Shown piece after piece: positions 9,650 through 19,987 of a stretch of 64,000 bases of DNA. The notes below the pieces were generated by a model. It saw nothing but the letters and a program-made list of their open reading frames with translations. It searched no databases and was not told where the DNA came from. A program made the translations under genes and the position numbers. Source of the DNA: an uncultured bacterium (GTDB lineage: Bacteria > Hinthialibacterota > Hinthialibacteria > Hinthialibacterales > JAKPRU01). Position 1 is the stretch's first letter; the number at the start of each line of letters is the position of its first letter. The stretch covers positions 6,300-70,299 of the forward strand of contig CAZTDD010000015.1 of the NCBI GenBank assembly GCA_964612675.1, read 5' to 3'.

Positions 9650-9665
9650 ATGTTTCATGAAACAT
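9650..9665. promoter_or_regulatory. 16-bp perfect palindrome atgtttcatgaaacat within an array of GTTTCA/TGAAAC motifs
   Basis: Read directly: tttgaaacaaaacgtttgacacgtaatgtttcatgaaacatcgtcagaatccgcacgttgaaacatc. It sits in a 360-bp gap between convergent genes. Confidence 0.3.
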
Positions 9666-9955
9666 CGTCAGAATCCGCACGTTGAAACATCGGATCGAGA
9701 GGAGCAACGGACCTTGCGCTTGATTGCGAAGAAGCCGGGATGTGACGGACAAGCCGGTTTCTTCCCGGATCGTCAAAGCGAGGGTTGGTGGAATATGGGG
9801 GGAGTCCGAAATGAAGAAAGGCCCCCACTTAGTTGTGGGAGCCTTTGAGAACGAAGCATGTGCAGGAGTGCTTGGGGAGAAAAGACTACATCGTACCGAA
9901 TATCCGCTTGTCGAGTATCCGCCTCACGGCGGATCGGAACACAGTATCGGCTTTG

Positions 9956-10555
9956 TCAGGCGGCCACGGCAGGGCTTTCGGGCTCTTCCACCACGGTCCT
10001 GACGCCGTAATTTCGGATGAGATGCTCCTCGGTATCTTCCGATAGACCCGCTTCGGGCTCGAAACGAAGACCGTAGAACGCCTCTTCCCGGCTCAAATCG
10101 ACATAGATCCGCCCCTCAGCGAGGGCGTATTCCTCTATCCAATGCGCGGGCAGGATGACTTTCTTTTTGGTTGAATCGCGCTGGATGTCGGCTACAAAGT
10201 ACGGAACAGTCCACCCCCGAGGATCGACGATCAAATCGGACAACTTGCCCGCAACTCCGTCTTCCCCGACTATCGACATTTCGCGCAGTTCAGCAAACGA
10301 CACGCTTTCCGGATCGGGCTGAATATCGGCGTTGAGGATCTGCTCTTCCGTCAATCCGATGGTCATCCCACGTGGATCGGAAAGTGGGTTCTGAACGCTA
10401 CGACTGTCAACAAAGGTCTTGCCTGTTCCCGTGTCGATTCCGAGAAACCGAACGTTTCCGTTCTTGCTATCGAAGACTATGTCGCGTACGACTCCGATCT
10501 CGCGATCGGCGGTTCGTGTGGTACGGCCTATCAGCTCGCTGGCTAGTTTCAACAT
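9956..10555 (-). CDS. PRC-barrel domain protein (two PRC-barrel-like repeats)
   Basis: LIGRTTRTADREIGVVRDIVFDSKNGNVRFLGID and SIVGEDGVAGKLSDLIVDPRGWTVPYFVADI resemble the PRC-barrel motif (L.G..V...DG..iG.V.D...D). Confidence 0.5.
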   Translation of the reverse strand: MLKLASELIGRTTRTADREIGVVRDIVFDSKNGNVRFLGIDTGTGKTFVDSRSVQNPLSDPRGMTIGLTEEQILNADIQPDPESVSFAELREMSIVGEDGVAGKLSDLIVDPRGWTVPYFVADIQRDSTKKKVILPAHWIEEYALAEGRIYVDLSREEAFYGLRFEPEAGLSEDTEEHLIRNYGVRTVVEEPESPAVAA

Positions 10556-10822
10556 TGGAATGAGCCTCCTTCCGTCTCCCGGGTTGGAATCGGAGATCGC
10601 TTATTTGGATTGCTTTGCGATTTCTCGTGTCCGGTGACGGCGATCTTATGTCTGGTTTTGTTGAACTTTCGAGTTCGCTTACTTGCTTATTGCTTCGTAT
10701 ACCCTCTTACTCAAAATGCGTGCCAGAAAAGGCTTTTGACTGCCGAATCTCTGAGAACATGTATTTGAATAAGAAGACCCTTGTCGAGTTGTTTCTGTCT
10801 CCCGATAGTCAAGCAATTTGCC

Positions 10823-12124
10823 TCAAACCGCTGTTCGTAGAATATCTTCTTCTCCGACAAACGGAGCGCCCTCGATAGGCCCGATCTCGGATGCCTGGTA
10901 TAGAATTTGACCCGCCTTGATGGTCAGCATTACTTCCAGACGTTGATTCAGGACAACAATGTCGGCGTCTTTGCCGACACCGAGAACGCCTCTGCGATTT
11001 TGCCAGGAGAGGACGCGGGCTGGATTCAGAGACGCCATTTGAACCGCCTGCTCCAGTGTTGTTTCTGCTCTCTGTACCATGGTTCGTACGGCTTCATCCA
11101 TGGTCAAAGTACTGCCCGCGAGTGTTTGAGGAGCGTCCGCCAGTCGGGCCTGATTGCGCCGGACTTTCACGTCTCGTCCGATGAATTGATAGACGCCTTC
11201 CGGCATACAGGCCGCGCGGATCGCATCGGTCACCAAAACGACGCGGTCTGTGCCCTTTGTCTTCACCAACAACCGCAGATTGGCCGGATGTACGTGGACG
11301 CCGTCCGCGATCACCTCGGCATACAGTTCGTCCCGCAAAAGGCTTCCCGCCAACACACCCGGTTCCCGGTGATGCATGGGCGGCATCCCGTTGTAGATAT
11401 GCGTGATGCCCTTGAGGCCGTTATCAATGGCCTCGTCCAGTTGTTCGTAGGTAGCCCGTGTGTGTCCGGCGGACAAATGGAGATGATTTGTGCATGGGTC
11501 GCCGCAGTCTATTCCGCAGCCCAGGGCGGCATCTCTCAAGACGTCCATAGCGCCGGGAATACATGGGGCAATGGTCATAATCCGAATCCACGGTCCACCA
11601 TGCTCCATAATGGCCTGAAATTTCTCAACATCGGCAGTCCACATGAATTCCGGACGCAGGACGCCCGGTTCGTCGGGATTCAGAAACGGTCCCTCCAAAT
11701 GGATGCCCTCGACAACGTTGTCCCGGTATCCTCTTTCGCAGTGACGGCGAATTCGCCGGATCGCCTTGAAGAACCCTTCCTCGGTTTGCGGGTAAAGGGT
11801 TGCCAGCGCCGAGGTTGTACCGTGAATCGCGTGGACATGACTGACGGTCTGAATCGCGTCTTCGTCTCGGTCCGAAAAGTCGGCCCCGCCGCCTCCATGA
11901 ACGTGAATATCGATGAATCCAGGGGCCACATAGCAATCGTCGACATCGATCCATGTCGCATTTCGAGGCGGATCGATGTTGTTGAGGTTTCCCATTGCCG
12001 CAATCCGGCCCGAGTCCAGAATCAGCGTACAGTTCTGTTCCCGGCGAAACGGCGTAATTGCCGTCCCACCTTTCAGCACGATCGGTTCAACGGGTTGCAC
12101 AACGGGTTGTATGTTCTTCCGCAT
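10823..12124 (-). CDS. nagA: N-acetylglucosamine-6-phosphate deacetylase
   Basis: 433 aa amidohydrolase with the metal-binding signature FIDIHVHGGGGADFSD and the overall NagA arrangement. Confidence 0.9.
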   Translation of the reverse strand: MRKNIQPVVQPVEPIVLKGGTAITPFRREQNCTLILDSGRIAAMGNLNNIDPPRNATWIDVDDCYVAPGFIDIHVHGGGGADFSDRDEDAIQTVSHVHAIHGTTSALATLYPQTEEGFFKAIRRIRRHCERGYRDNVVEGIHLEGPFLNPDEPGVLRPEFMWTADVEKFQAIMEHGGPWIRIMTIAPCIPGAMDVLRDAALGCGIDCGDPCTNHLHLSAGHTRATYEQLDEAIDNGLKGITHIYNGMPPMHHREPGVLAGSLLRDELYAEVIADGVHVHPANLRLLVKTKGTDRVVLVTDAIRAACMPEGVYQFIGRDVKVRRNQARLADAPQTLAGSTLTMDEAVRTMVQRAETTLEQAVQMASLNPARVLSWQNRRGVLGVGKDADIVVLNQRLEVMLTIKAGQILYQASEIGPIEGAPFVGEEDILRTAV

Positions 12125-12569
12125 TGGTCTTTCTCGACTTATCAGACGAGTTTAAGGAGACTCCTCCTATCCGAAAATGAAGCGAAGATCATGGAGAGCA
12201 AAGCCGACAGGATATTGAAAAAAAACACGAGAGTCTTCGGACGTTGGAACAGACTCCCCGTACAATTCGCACGAACCTGCGGCAAATCCTCCAAAACAGT
12301 TCTTTACACAGGAACTCAATGCAAAAGCAGTGCCAGAAACTCCATCGTTCTGCAATCGATCCTCCACGGATGGGGAATGCCGAACTCCGGGGATAGGCGG
12401 GAATGCGATCTTCGTGCTAGACTGCCCCTTGCCTGTCTGCAGCATGCGGTTTCGTTACGGAGCGCATTCGCTTTGCGAATGGGACGGTGTCGTTCTGGTA
12501 TCGGTTCTCTATTTCGCACTACCTTTGCTCTGTGAAGGAAGAATCCAGTAACTTTCGGAGATTGGTCAA

Positions 12570-13874
12570 ATGCGTGCCCTTACTTGTACGTTCTTATTCT
12601 CGTTGCTTGTCGCTTTCCACAGTTCCCAAGTCTGTAGTGATTCGCAATCGCACGACCGTGTCACCATACGGAAAGAGAACAGCGAGTGGCAACTGATTCG
12701 AAACGGGCAGCCGTTTTACATCAAGGGGGCTGTGGGGGGACGGTCCTCCGGGATGCTCAGCGAGTACGGAGGAAACGCGGTCCGGATACGAGCGAGACGG
12801 TCCGATCTCGACCGAGCGCACGAACACGGTTTGGCGGCGATGGTGAATCTTCCTGTGCGAGGCGAGCGCAACGATATGGACTGGGGCGATGAAGAGAAGG
12901 TCGCCGAGCAGACTCGGCGAGTCATCAACACTGTGAACGATCTCAAGGATCAGCCGGCGGTTTTGTTGTGGGCGATAGGGAACGAACTCGATTACATCCC
13001 GCCCGGCAAACCGCATCATCCGAAACTCTGGGATCGGCTGAACGACCTTGCGAAGGAAATCAAGCAAATCGATCCGGATCATCCTGTACTGACAGTTGTC
13101 GGCAGCGGACGATTTGAGACGAAGATCCAGCAAGTCGCGGAGCATTGCCCGGACATCGATCTGCTCGGGATCAATACATACGGCGATATCGCGAAGGTTA
13201 CTCGTCTGGCCCGCGAATATTGGCCGAAACCGTATGTGATTGCCGAGTGGGGACCGACGGGACATTGGCAGGTCCCGAAAACCGAATGGGGAGCGCCTAT
13301 CGAGCAAACCAGCACCGAGAAGGCCCGCGTTATCTTCGATCGATACGAGCAGATCATTCAGGCCGATCGTGCGCACTGCCTCGGGTCGTTTGTTTTTTAT
13401 TGGGCGGAAAAGCAGGAGACGACACACACATGGTATGGGTTATTCAGAGACGGCATGAAAACAGAATCGATCGATGCGATGAAATATCATTGGTCGGGCA
13501 GCTGGCCGGAGAACAGAGCCCCCGCTGTGATCGATGCGGTTATTGACGGATTTCTCGACAAGAACGGGATTTATCTTCGTCCGAATCACTCCTATTCAGC
13601 GCGTGCGTTCTGTTATGACTGCGAGTACGATTCGCTGACATTTACCTGGGATATCCGGCCGGAGGTAGTGATTCCCGAGGGATCGTATGCCGGTGGAATG
13701 GAGAAACCTGCTTTACCGATTCCGGGCTTGATCGAAACCGGACAGGGGGCGCGGATTGAGTTCAAGACGCCTTCCGACGAGGGGGCCTATCGACTTTTCG
13801 TACAAATTACCGACGGCGAAAACAACGCGGGCTACGCGAATGTGCCTTTTTATGTCGGCGACCGAGCTCACTAA
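12570..13874 (+). CDS. secreted clan GH-A (TIM-barrel) glycoside hydrolase-like protein
   Basis: Signal peptide MRALTCTFLFSLLVAFHSSQVCS. The conserved LLWAIGNELDY (NE acid/base motif of clan GH-A families such as GH5 and GH2) and 434 aa length fit. The family assignment is uncertain. Confidence 0.5.
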   Translation: MRALTCTFLFSLLVAFHSSQVCSDSQSHDRVTIRKENSEWQLIRNGQPFYIKGAVGGRSSGMLSEYGGNAVRIRARRSDLDRAHEHGLAAMVNLPVRGERNDMDWGDEEKVAEQTRRVINTVNDLKDQPAVLLWAIGNELDYIPPGKPHHPKLWDRLNDLAKEIKQIDPDHPVLTVVGSGRFETKIQQVAEHCPDIDLLGINTYGDIAKVTRLAREYWPKPYVIAEWGPTGHWQVPKTEWGAPIEQTSTEKARVIFDRYEQIIQADRAHCLGSFVFYWAEKQETTHTWYGLFRDGMKTESIDAMKYHWSGSWPENRAPAVIDAVIDGFLDKNGIYLRPNHSYSARAFCYDCEYDSLTFTWDIRPEVVIPEGSYAGGMEKPALPIPGLIETGQGARIEFKTPSDEGAYRLFVQITDGENNAGYANVPFYVGDRAH

Positions 13875-13896
13875 TTTCTTCTCGGAGTTATTCATT

Positions 13897-15165
13897 ATGA
13901 TTTATCGTTCTATTGTGATTTTCCTGTTTGTATTCACAGTTCTGACTTCTGTGGTTGACGGAACAGTCTATCGGATCGGTGCAGACCGAGAGACCAAGTC
14001 CCTGAAATCAATTGCGTCACGTCTCGAACCCGGTGACACGGTGGAGATCGATCCGGGCACGTACCGAGAGGCGCTAAAACTGACCGCAAACGGAACGAAA
14101 GACTCTCCGATCACTATCCGAGGGACTGGAGACTCGCGTCCTCTCTTTGACGGCGAAGGAGTGAATGTCTCCGGGCGTGGATCGATTCCACGGGCTATCA
14201 TTCAAGTGGAAGGTGAGCATTTAATTGTCGAGCATTTGGAGTTCAAGAATGCGCGGAATGGAAATAACGGTGCAGGGATACGTTTGAATGGATCGCGGAA
14301 CGCTGTCATCCGCGATTGTAAAATTACTTACTGCGACATGGGTATCCAGGGCGGGGATCGGGAGACGGTAACAATCGAGTCGTGCGACGTCGGCTTTAAT
14401 GGGACGCCTGAATATAGCGGGTATTCGCATAATTTTTATCTAACCGGGAACTGGGCGGTAGTGAGGAATTGTTATATCCATGACAGCCTGTATGGTCAGA
14501 ATTTCAAAAGCCGAGCCCATTACAACGAACTTTGGTACAACTGGATTGTCGACTCGAACGAGGGAGAGGTGGGACCGGTAGACGGCAAGGGAGCCACCGA
14601 CCGGCCGCACAGCAATGTTCTCATGGTTGGAAATGTCATCATCAGCAAGCCCGACCGAACCGGCAATAAGGCAAAGTATGTGCTATTCGGTTCGGAGCTG
14701 GGCGGCTCGCATCAAGGTACTTTGTATATGTTTCATAATATACTGATCGCACGCAGTCCGCGAAATATTTTCGTACAATTAGACGATCCGCAGGCTGGTG
14801 CGGTTATTTCCAGAAATATTTTTTATGGAAGCGATCATATCCTTGCCTTCGCGGAAAAGCCGGTCTCGGTGACCGGCAAACAGAACTGGGTTCCTAAAAC
14901 TGCGGATATTCCCGAAGAATTCAGACAGACCCTGACCGGGGTTCGTCCGGGTTTTGTGAGCATCGCAGAGCGGAATTTTCGCTTGAAACCCGATTCACCT
15001 GTCGCGGATCTCCCGTCGAGCGATTTGTATTACGTGGACGGAGACGGCGTCACACGCGACCTTTCCGTCGATGATAAGCGCTTACGCAAAGTCCGCGTGT
15101 GGTCCGAGAGAATGAGCGAGGTTTCGGAGTACGGGATTCACGATACAAAAGACGCAAATAAGTAG
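13897..15165 (+). CDS. secreted right-handed parallel beta-helix repeat protein (pectate-lyase-fold)
   Basis: Signal MIYRSIVIFLFVFTVLTSVVDG. Beta-helix repeats NARNGNNGAGIRLNGSRNAVIRDCKITYCDMGIQGGD and VGFNGTPEYSGYSHNFY. The six-frame ORF starts at 13756 and overlaps the upstream gene, so the ATG at 13897 is preferred. Confidence 0.65.
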   Translation: MIYRSIVIFLFVFTVLTSVVDGTVYRIGADRETKSLKSIASRLEPGDTVEIDPGTYREALKLTANGTKDSPITIRGTGDSRPLFDGEGVNVSGRGSIPRAIIQVEGEHLIVEHLEFKNARNGNNGAGIRLNGSRNAVIRDCKITYCDMGIQGGDRETVTIESCDVGFNGTPEYSGYSHNFYLTGNWAVVRNCYIHDSLYGQNFKSRAHYNELWYNWIVDSNEGEVGPVDGKGATDRPHSNVLMVGNVIISKPDRTGNKAKYVLFGSELGGSHQGTLYMFHNILIARSPRNIFVQLDDPQAGAVISRNIFYGSDHILAFAEKPVSVTGKQNWVPKTADIPEEFRQTLTGVRPGFVSIAERNFRLKPDSPVADLPSSDLYYVDGDGVTRDLSVDDKRLRKVRVWSERMSEVSEYGIHDTKDANK

Positions 15166-15225
15166 AATAGCCCGAGTTTATGTTTATTCTTTGTCTTAGA
15201 TATCCACATCAAAGGAGTTCAGACG

Positions 15226-16575
15226 ATGTCGAAACAGGTTTCTCGAAGATCGTTTATTAGGACAGGTACAGCGGCTGGTTTGGGAGTAGGTCTTTCCGGA
15301 ACCGGACTGTCCGGTTGTTCGACGGTCCCGAAGACCGCCCATGTGCCGATGACAGCGCCACCGATGGAGCGAGTGCGTGTGGGGTTTGTCGGCGTAGGAG
15401 GGATGGGTTCGAACCATGTCAGAAACTTGCTTCGCATTGACGGCGTCGAACTGCGTGCTGTTTGCGATATCGTCGAAGAAAGAGTTACGCGAATTCAGGA
15501 GTTGGTTGTCGAAACCGGGCAGCCGAAACCTGCCGGATACTCCCGAGGAGAGTGGGATTTCAAGCGGATGTGCGACCGGGACGACCTGGACCTGGTTTAT
15601 ACGGCGACGCCGTGGAGATGGCACGTTCCTGTGTGCGTGGCCGCGATGGAACGAGGCAAGCACGCTGCTACCGAAGTGCCTGCTGCAGTGACGCTTGATG
15701 AGTGCTGGCAGCTGGTGGAAACCTCGGAGAAGACACGCCGACACTGTGTCATGATGGAAAACTGTTGCTACGGGCGGAGTGAGCTCCTGGTTTTGAATAT
15801 GGTCCGAAAAGGTCTTTTGGGCGAATTGGTTCACGGCGAGGCGGGATATTTGCATGATTTCCGATACGGCCTAATCAGGAAAACCGATCCGCTGCCGTGG
15901 CGGACGATTCATGCCATCGAACGGGACGGCAACCTGTATCCGACGCACGGTCTGGGGCCGATCGCGCAATGCATGAATATCAATCGGGGCGATCGGTTTG
16001 ATTATTTGGTCTCAATGAGTAGCAAATCGCGAGGCCTCAATCTTGCCGCAGAGAAAGAACACGGGGTGGATCATCCGCTCGCAAAAATGGATTACGCGAT
16101 CGGCGACGTGAATTCAAGCCTTATTCGAACGGTGAATGGCGTGACGATCTCGCTAATTTACGACTGCGGCACCCCCCGTCCCTACAGCCGGATCAATCTC
16201 ATCCAGGGAACGAAAGGGATTTTCCGTGGATATCCCGACCGGATTTATATCGAAGACAAGAGTCCAGAGAGTCACACATGGGAATCGCCGGATCGCTATT
16301 TCGAGGCATACGAGCATCCTTTATGGAAAGCCTTGGGAGACAGCGCTAAGGGAGCAGGTCACGGCGGGATGGATTATATTGAGGACTATCGGCTGATCCA
16401 ATGTCTGCGGGAGGGGGTTCCTACCGATATGGATGTTTACGATGCTGCGGCGTGGAGTGCGGTTTCGGCGTTGAGTGAACGTTCCGTCGCGAATAGAAGC
16501 CGTCCGGTCGATTTTCCCGATTTCACGCGCGGGGCATGGAAGACAAGGGAGCCGTTGGGGATTATTGAGATATAA
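15226..16575 (+). CDS. Gfo/Idh/MocA-family NAD-binding oxidoreductase with TAT signal (GH109-like)
   Basis: Twin-arginine signal SRRSFIRTGTAAGLGVGLSG and a Rossmann motif VGFVGVGGMGSNHV. GGAG RBS upstream. It has the architecture of GH109-type alpha-N-acetylgalactosaminidase-like proteins. Confidence 0.8.
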   Translation: MSKQVSRRSFIRTGTAAGLGVGLSGTGLSGCSTVPKTAHVPMTAPPMERVRVGFVGVGGMGSNHVRNLLRIDGVELRAVCDIVEERVTRIQELVVETGQPKPAGYSRGEWDFKRMCDRDDLDLVYTATPWRWHVPVCVAAMERGKHAATEVPAAVTLDECWQLVETSEKTRRHCVMMENCCYGRSELLVLNMVRKGLLGELVHGEAGYLHDFRYGLIRKTDPLPWRTIHAIERDGNLYPTHGLGPIAQCMNINRGDRFDYLVSMSSKSRGLNLAAEKEHGVDHPLAKMDYAIGDVNSSLIRTVNGVTISLIYDCGTPRPYSRINLIQGTKGIFRGYPDRIYIEDKSPESHTWESPDRYFEAYEHPLWKALGDSAKGAGHGGMDYIEDYRLIQCLREGVPTDMDVYDAAAWSAVSALSERSVANRSRPVDFPDFTRGAWKTREPLGIIEI

Positions 16576-16626
16576 GATGATCGTGCCGTCCGGGGCTATC
16601 CCGAACGAAAAAAAGGACCCCGAATC

Positions 16627-18624
16627 ATGCACCGTCAAAAGATTCGCAATTTGATAATTCTCGTTATTCTCTCCGCGTTTGTTTGTCAGGTATCCGCTCG
16701 GAATCTGCGTTTGGTTGAGACAGACGGAGTCGACGCAACGAGTTTGAATTCCTTGGTTGAAACGGTCACTCAGGGTTGCGAGACAGATCGGGAAAAAATG
16801 ATCGCGTTGTGGGCGTATATCACGCGCAATCCGTTCTATCATTGGTGTGAAGCACGGGAGAATCCGGAGGGGATGACAGAGCTCGGTGTGGTTTACGATC
16901 CGATTATTGCGTTCAATGTGTATGGCACGGTGATTTGCTATCAGGTTGCCGATCTGCTCTCCAATCTCGCGGACGCCGCCGGAATTAAGACGCGCACGCG
17001 AGGTGTCCCGGGCCATAAAGTCATGGAGGCGTTTTATGTCGGTCAATGGCACCTTTTCGATGCGCAGTATGATTTGCAGGCATATTATGTAGCGGATGAC
17101 GGCAAGACGATTGTCTCCCTGGATGAATTGTGTAACGATCCAGGCAAATATATTCGCAATCCACAATATCCATCCGACCCGTTTTTTCAATTCGATCATT
17201 TCGGCGGGAACTTCTGGCCCTGGGAAGCGAAGGAATATGTTATTGAGCACTTCTTTCATCCGGATGTGCCTGCAGAAGCCTATATTTACGCGCCGTATAT
17301 TGCGCGTGGCCACACGATACACCTGGATCTCCGTAGAGGCGAAAAACTTATCAGGAATTTCAGAAATGAAGGCAAATGGTTCTGCTCGCCGGCATTCCAA
17401 ACAAGATGGAAAAGGGATCACACGCAACGATGGGTTGACGACGGGCCGCACGATCCCAGAAATCCGGAGAATACCTATGCGAACGGAGCATTGATTTACG
17501 AGCCCGATTGGAAGGCGAATGAACTGAATTTCTACGACGGCCTTTATGACGGCGAGAATTTTATTTTGGGGAACGGGAAAATACATCCACAAGGTGGCCG
17601 GGCAGGCACGGTCGTTTTTCGCGTTCAAAGCCCGTATCTCATCGTGGGCGATCCCGGCAAGTTGGACGTTGACGGCGATTCCCGTGACGGTGCCATCTTC
17701 GAAGCGGAATTCTTCCGCAAGGATGCGAACGCTTCAAACACAGTTGCCATATCGACAGACAATGGAATTTCATGGATACCCGTCTGGGAGAACGACAAGG
17801 TCGGAGAACGGACAATCCGACTGGATTTGACGAATTATGTCGAGGGGACCTACGGATATTTGATCAGAGTAACTCTGCGAGGTGACCGCACGGAGGATGC
17901 GAGTTTATCGAAAATGCGCCTCAGGAATTCGCTGTTTTTCTCTCCCATCCCGCTCCCGGCGGTAGAACCCGGCGAGAACGAATTCACTTTCGCTGTGGAA
18001 GAAGAAAAAGGCATCCTGGCTATTCGTCCGGATCTCGGGGACGCTGACAATTACCGGAGGTTCTTCTACGAATTAGAAGATTTAGACTACGATGAGAACT
18101 TCACGGGCCATCTATCACCAACTGAGCGCGAGGGGTATGCGCTTATCGAGGTTATCGGTCCCGATAATTCCACAATTGAATGGTTAACCGTCCACGCTTC
18201 GCTCGGCGTTACGGTGGGCGATAACCAAGGAGAAGAGGCCGAGATTCTCTACGCGACAGACCCCGAGGGTGAGTGGCGACCAGCGTGGCGGAGCGATTTC
18301 TCCCAACAAAACGATAAATGGCGCTGGGACGATTCGGTTGATATTCACTTGCCGCATCCCGCCCGAAAATGTTACGTGAAATTCCTCCTGAAACGCAACC
18401 GACGCATGTCTCTCAACATGGCGAGAATTTACGCACATTACATACACCCGGCACCGGCATTAGATCGCAACAGTGTTACGATCACGCATAAGTGGATTGA
18501 GGACGGAGAATCGAAAACTTACACGATTCAACCGATTCTACCAAACCAGGATTACGCAATTAAAACGACAGGAAATAGGATCGAGGATGAATCAATTGTA
18601 ATGGAGGTTGCGAACGATGAATAA
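16627..18624 (+). CDS. secreted transglutaminase-like (Cys-His-Asp papain-fold) domain protein
   Basis: Signal peptide. The core GTVICYQVADLLSNLADAAGIKTRTRGVPGHKVMEAFYVGQWHLFDAQYD matches the transglutaminase-like C...H...D pattern. It is followed by a long C-terminal region of unknown function. Confidence 0.5.
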   Translation: MHRQKIRNLIILVILSAFVCQVSARNLRLVETDGVDATSLNSLVETVTQGCETDREKMIALWAYITRNPFYHWCEARENPEGMTELGVVYDPIIAFNVYGTVICYQVADLLSNLADAAGIKTRTRGVPGHKVMEAFYVGQWHLFDAQYDLQAYYVADDGKTIVSLDELCNDPGKYIRNPQYPSDPFFQFDHFGGNFWPWEAKEYVIEHFFHPDVPAEAYIYAPYIARGHTIHLDLRRGEKLIRNFRNEGKWFCSPAFQTRWKRDHTQRWVDDGPHDPRNPENTYANGALIYEPDWKANELNFYDGLYDGENFILGNGKIHPQGGRAGTVVFRVQSPYLIVGDPGKLDVDGDSRDGAIFEAEFFRKDANASNTVAISTDNGISWIPVWENDKVGERTIRLDLTNYVEGTYGYLIRVTLRGDRTEDASLSKMRLRNSLFFSPIPLPAVEPGENEFTFAVEEEKGILAIRPDLGDADNYRRFFYELEDLDYDENFTGHLSPTEREGYALIEVIGPDNSTIEWLTVHASLGVTVGDNQGEEAEILYATDPEGEWRPAWRSDFSQQNDKWRWDDSVDIHLPHPARKCYVKFLLKRNRRMSLNMARIYAHYIHPAPALDRNSVTITHKWIEDGESKTYTIQPILPNQDYAIKTTGNRIEDESIVMEVANDE

Positions 18625-18702
18625 TTGTTTCCGACGTCGTATTCTCTTTTTGTGTGAGATATGATAGGAATTACCGTGGAATGATTTTCTGAGGAGATTT
18701 GT

Positions 18703-19668
18703 ATGAGTAGATACTTCTTTGCAGCTATTGTAATAAGTGCACTGGCGATGGTTGCCGGTGGAGCCGAGACCGGAATGGAGAAACCCGAGATTCGTAAACT
18801 GGGCACGATTGACTGCGACCTGGTGGAGACTACACCGATTGTCTTTGACGGGCGTCTGTATCGCTTCGAGTATGTCCGGGAGCGCTACAAGCCGAACACG
18901 ACCGGCGACTCATACTTCCGATTCATCAATACGGAGACAGGCAACCCCACCGCTGCGTTCGCGAAGGGATACAACCTCGGCTGCGCTTTCACTGAGAATG
19001 GAACAATGTATGTTTACGGCGTGAAAGGATGGGGGACAACCGTTATTTATCAATTCCAATCCAAAGATCTCAAGAACTGGACCGGCCAATCTGTTCTCGA
19101 AAAACAGAGTTGGGAGATATTTAATACCTCTGTCTGTAAGGGAGCGGATCGGTATGTCATGGCGATTGAATTCCGCGCAGACCGGGAGGAGTGCGGTGTC
19201 CCGTTCACGATCCGGTTTGCGGAATCGACGGATTTGAAAACCTGGAGACTCACGTCCGCCGATCATATTTACACAAAAGACCGTTATTCTTCCTGCCCCA
19301 CAATCCGCTTTCTCGATGGAATGTATTATATGATTTACGATGAAGCCCTGCCTGGGCCGACCTATGAGCCGTATATCGTGCGGTCCGAAGATCTTGTCCA
19401 ATGGGAGAGTAGTCCGTTGAATCCATTTATGATTCATTCAGAGACCGAGGATAAGAGAATCGCCAACCCCAGGCTGACTGCGGAGCAAATTGAGCATATT
19501 AAGGAATCCGTGAACATTAACAACGCCGATACCGATCTCTGCGAATACAAGGGTAAAACGATAATTTATTACACCTGGGGAAATCAGCAGGGCATCGAAT
19601 TTCTCGCGGAGGCCGTGTACGACGGTCCCATGGCAAAGCTGCTAAAGGGTTTCTTTCCGGGAAAATAG
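18703..19668 (+). CDS. secreted hypothetical protein, possibly a beta-propeller glycoside-hydrolase-like fold (GH43/GH130/GH117-like)
   Basis: Signal MSRYFFAAIVISALAMVAGG. It is about 320 aa with repeated aromatic/Gly blade-like segments (YVYGVKGWGT, DRYVMAIEF, DGMYYMIYDE). The family is not confidently recognised. Confidence 0.35.
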   Translation: MSRYFFAAIVISALAMVAGGAETGMEKPEIRKLGTIDCDLVETTPIVFDGRLYRFEYVRERYKPNTTGDSYFRFINTETGNPTAAFAKGYNLGCAFTENGTMYVYGVKGWGTTVIYQFQSKDLKNWTGQSVLEKQSWEIFNTSVCKGADRYVMAIEFRADREECGVPFTIRFAESTDLKTWRLTSADHIYTKDRYSSCPTIRFLDGMYYMIYDEALPGPTYEPYIVRSEDLVQWESSPLNPFMIHSETEDKRIANPRLTAEQIEHIKESVNINNADTDLCEYKGKTIIYYTWGNQQGIEFLAEAVYDGPMAKLLKGFFPGK

Positions 19669-19705
19669 CGATTTCCTTGCTGCGTCGTAGGTGGTTTTAC
19701 GTGTA

Positions 19706-19762
19706 AAAGCTAACGGTAGGGCCTTCGAGAACTTGTCAATCCGTGATCATAAGATCCCAACG
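19706..19762. repeat. direct repeat copy 1 flanking the REP cluster
   Basis: aaagctaacggtagggccttcgagaacttg...tcataagatcccaacg recurs at 19988-20080 with point differences and an internal insertion. Confidence 0.7.
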
Positions 19763-19814
19763 ATGTGTGCCAGTCCCAAGCTTGATGCAATCGCAAAAAG
19801 TCTGGAATACGAAT

Positions 19815-19978
19815 TTCAACCCCCTCCTAACCTCCCCCGATCTTCGGGGGAGGAAAAGGAAACGAGCGTGTCTCCAGCGTATTCTCCCCCAAGAGGGACA
19901 CGCTTGCGTGGCCGCTGTAAGGGGAGATTCAGAGGGGGTTGAATATTTCTCTATTCTTACCCCTCGCGACTTTTTGCG
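19815..19978. repeat. REP/BIME-like mosaic repeat cluster
   Basis: caaccccctcc, then palindrome cctcccccgatcttcgggggagg (19830-19852), then module cgagcgtgtctccagcgtattctcccccaagagggacacgcttgcgtggccgctgtaaggggagattcagagggggttgaatatttctctattcttacccctcgcg. The last module has copies at 25138-25205 and 29895-29962 and a reverse copy at 6755-6790. Confidence 0.8.
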
Positions 19979-19987
19979 GCGGCGTCA

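Noticed and set aside
10716-10741. Sigma-54-like TGGCACG-N4-TTGA on the minus strand upstream of the PRC-barrel gene
   Set aside because: The -12 element lacks the conserved GC (TTGA versus TTGC). It lies about 170 bp upstream of the start. Two other TGGCA-containing sites near 4690-4730 have wrong -24/-12 spacing.
10907-12535. 542-aa plus-strand ORF
   Set aside because: It is antisense to nagA, whose amidohydrolase signature is clear. It has biased Arg/Cys-rich composition.
13756-13896. N-terminal 47-aa extension of the beta-helix ORF
   Set aside because: It overlaps the 3-prime end of the upstream hydrolase gene in another frame. A signal-peptide-bearing start at 13897 is more plausible.
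15400-15420. tRNA T-loop-like gggttcgaacc
   Set aside because: It is inside the Gfo/Idh/MocA coding sequence (codes GMGSNHV). There is no acceptor stem or anticodon arm nearby. No tRNA was found in the window.
16321-17628. 435-aa minus-strand ORF
   Set aside because: It overlaps the 3-prime end of the Gfo/Idh/MocA gene and most of the transglutaminase-like gene on the opposite strand. It has no motifs.
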